A stretch of DNA of 64,000 bases. It comes from Ostreococcus lucimarinus. Its lineage: Eukaryota. Within the stretch, counting starts at the first letter, position 1; every line of letters starts with the position of its first letter. Below the pieces are notes generated by a model, which saw only the letters and a list, made by a program, of their open reading frames with translations, was not told the origin of the DNA and made no database searches. Where the stretch lies: assembly GCA_000092065.1 (NCBI GenBank), contig CP000589.1; one strand, 5' to 3'. Below, in pieces: positions 63,909 through 64,000 of this stretch. Made by a program: the position numbers and the translations under genes.

Positions 63909-64000
63909 GCTGTGCGGCTGGCGCCGGCGCGCGTCGCGCCGGCAGTCGGTGGCGCGGTCTATCTCTCGCATAAAACTACGGCGCGGCGCCGCGCGGGAGC

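Noticed and set aside
1-64000. Prokaryotic-style features (operons, Shine-Dalgarno sites, rho-independent terminators, CRISPR arrays) and tRNA/rRNA genes.
   Set aside because: The gene content and spliceosomal introns show a eukaryotic nuclear origin. I saw no repeat-spacer arrays, no tRNA T-arm (GGTTCGAATCC-like) cloverleaf candidates and no rRNA-like stretches.

Overview
This window reads as eukaryotic nuclear DNA, not prokaryotic. It is visibly very GC-rich, with long CG-rich runs and short AT-richer islands between genes. It is extremely gene-dense: I can support about 40 protein-coding genes on both strands.

The gene content is Viridiplantae-like. It includes plastid or thylakoid-targeted proteins (PPDK, fibrillin, DUF1499), a plant-type acylated Rab5, a BELL-like TALE homeobox, a phage-type RNA polymerase and the centriolar protein WRAP73. 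By inference the source is a compact prasinophyte genome of the Mamiellophyceae or Micromonas type. I cannot verify the species without a search.

Most genes are single exons. I could support four short GT-AG introns, in PPDK, PP2C, p47/UBX and RPL6. All four carry an ACTGAC branch-site box.

Many ORF-track entries begin with a non-ATG codon (GTG or TTG) translated as M. Many also have long Arg/Ala/Ser-rich extensions that are antisense to real genes. I re-anchored those starts on the first plausible ATG using codon arithmetic from the track.

I found no rRNA, tRNA, CRISPR array, transposon or repeated introner family.

The most interesting item is a 1321-aa protein that joins an IRE1/RNase L-type kinase plus KEN ribonuclease module to a roughly 796-aa N-terminal region I cannot recognise. 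That region has no visible luminal domain, TM segment or ankyrin sensor.

Other notable items:
- an ARA6-type N-acylated Rab5
- a divergent BELL-like TALE homeobox
- a WASP-like VCA tail
- an Hsp70 with only the nucleotide-binding domain
- introns placed at or next to the start codon
- several gene pairs spaced so tightly that their transcripts must overlap or be shared

All functional calls rest on motif recognition by eye. No database search was run.
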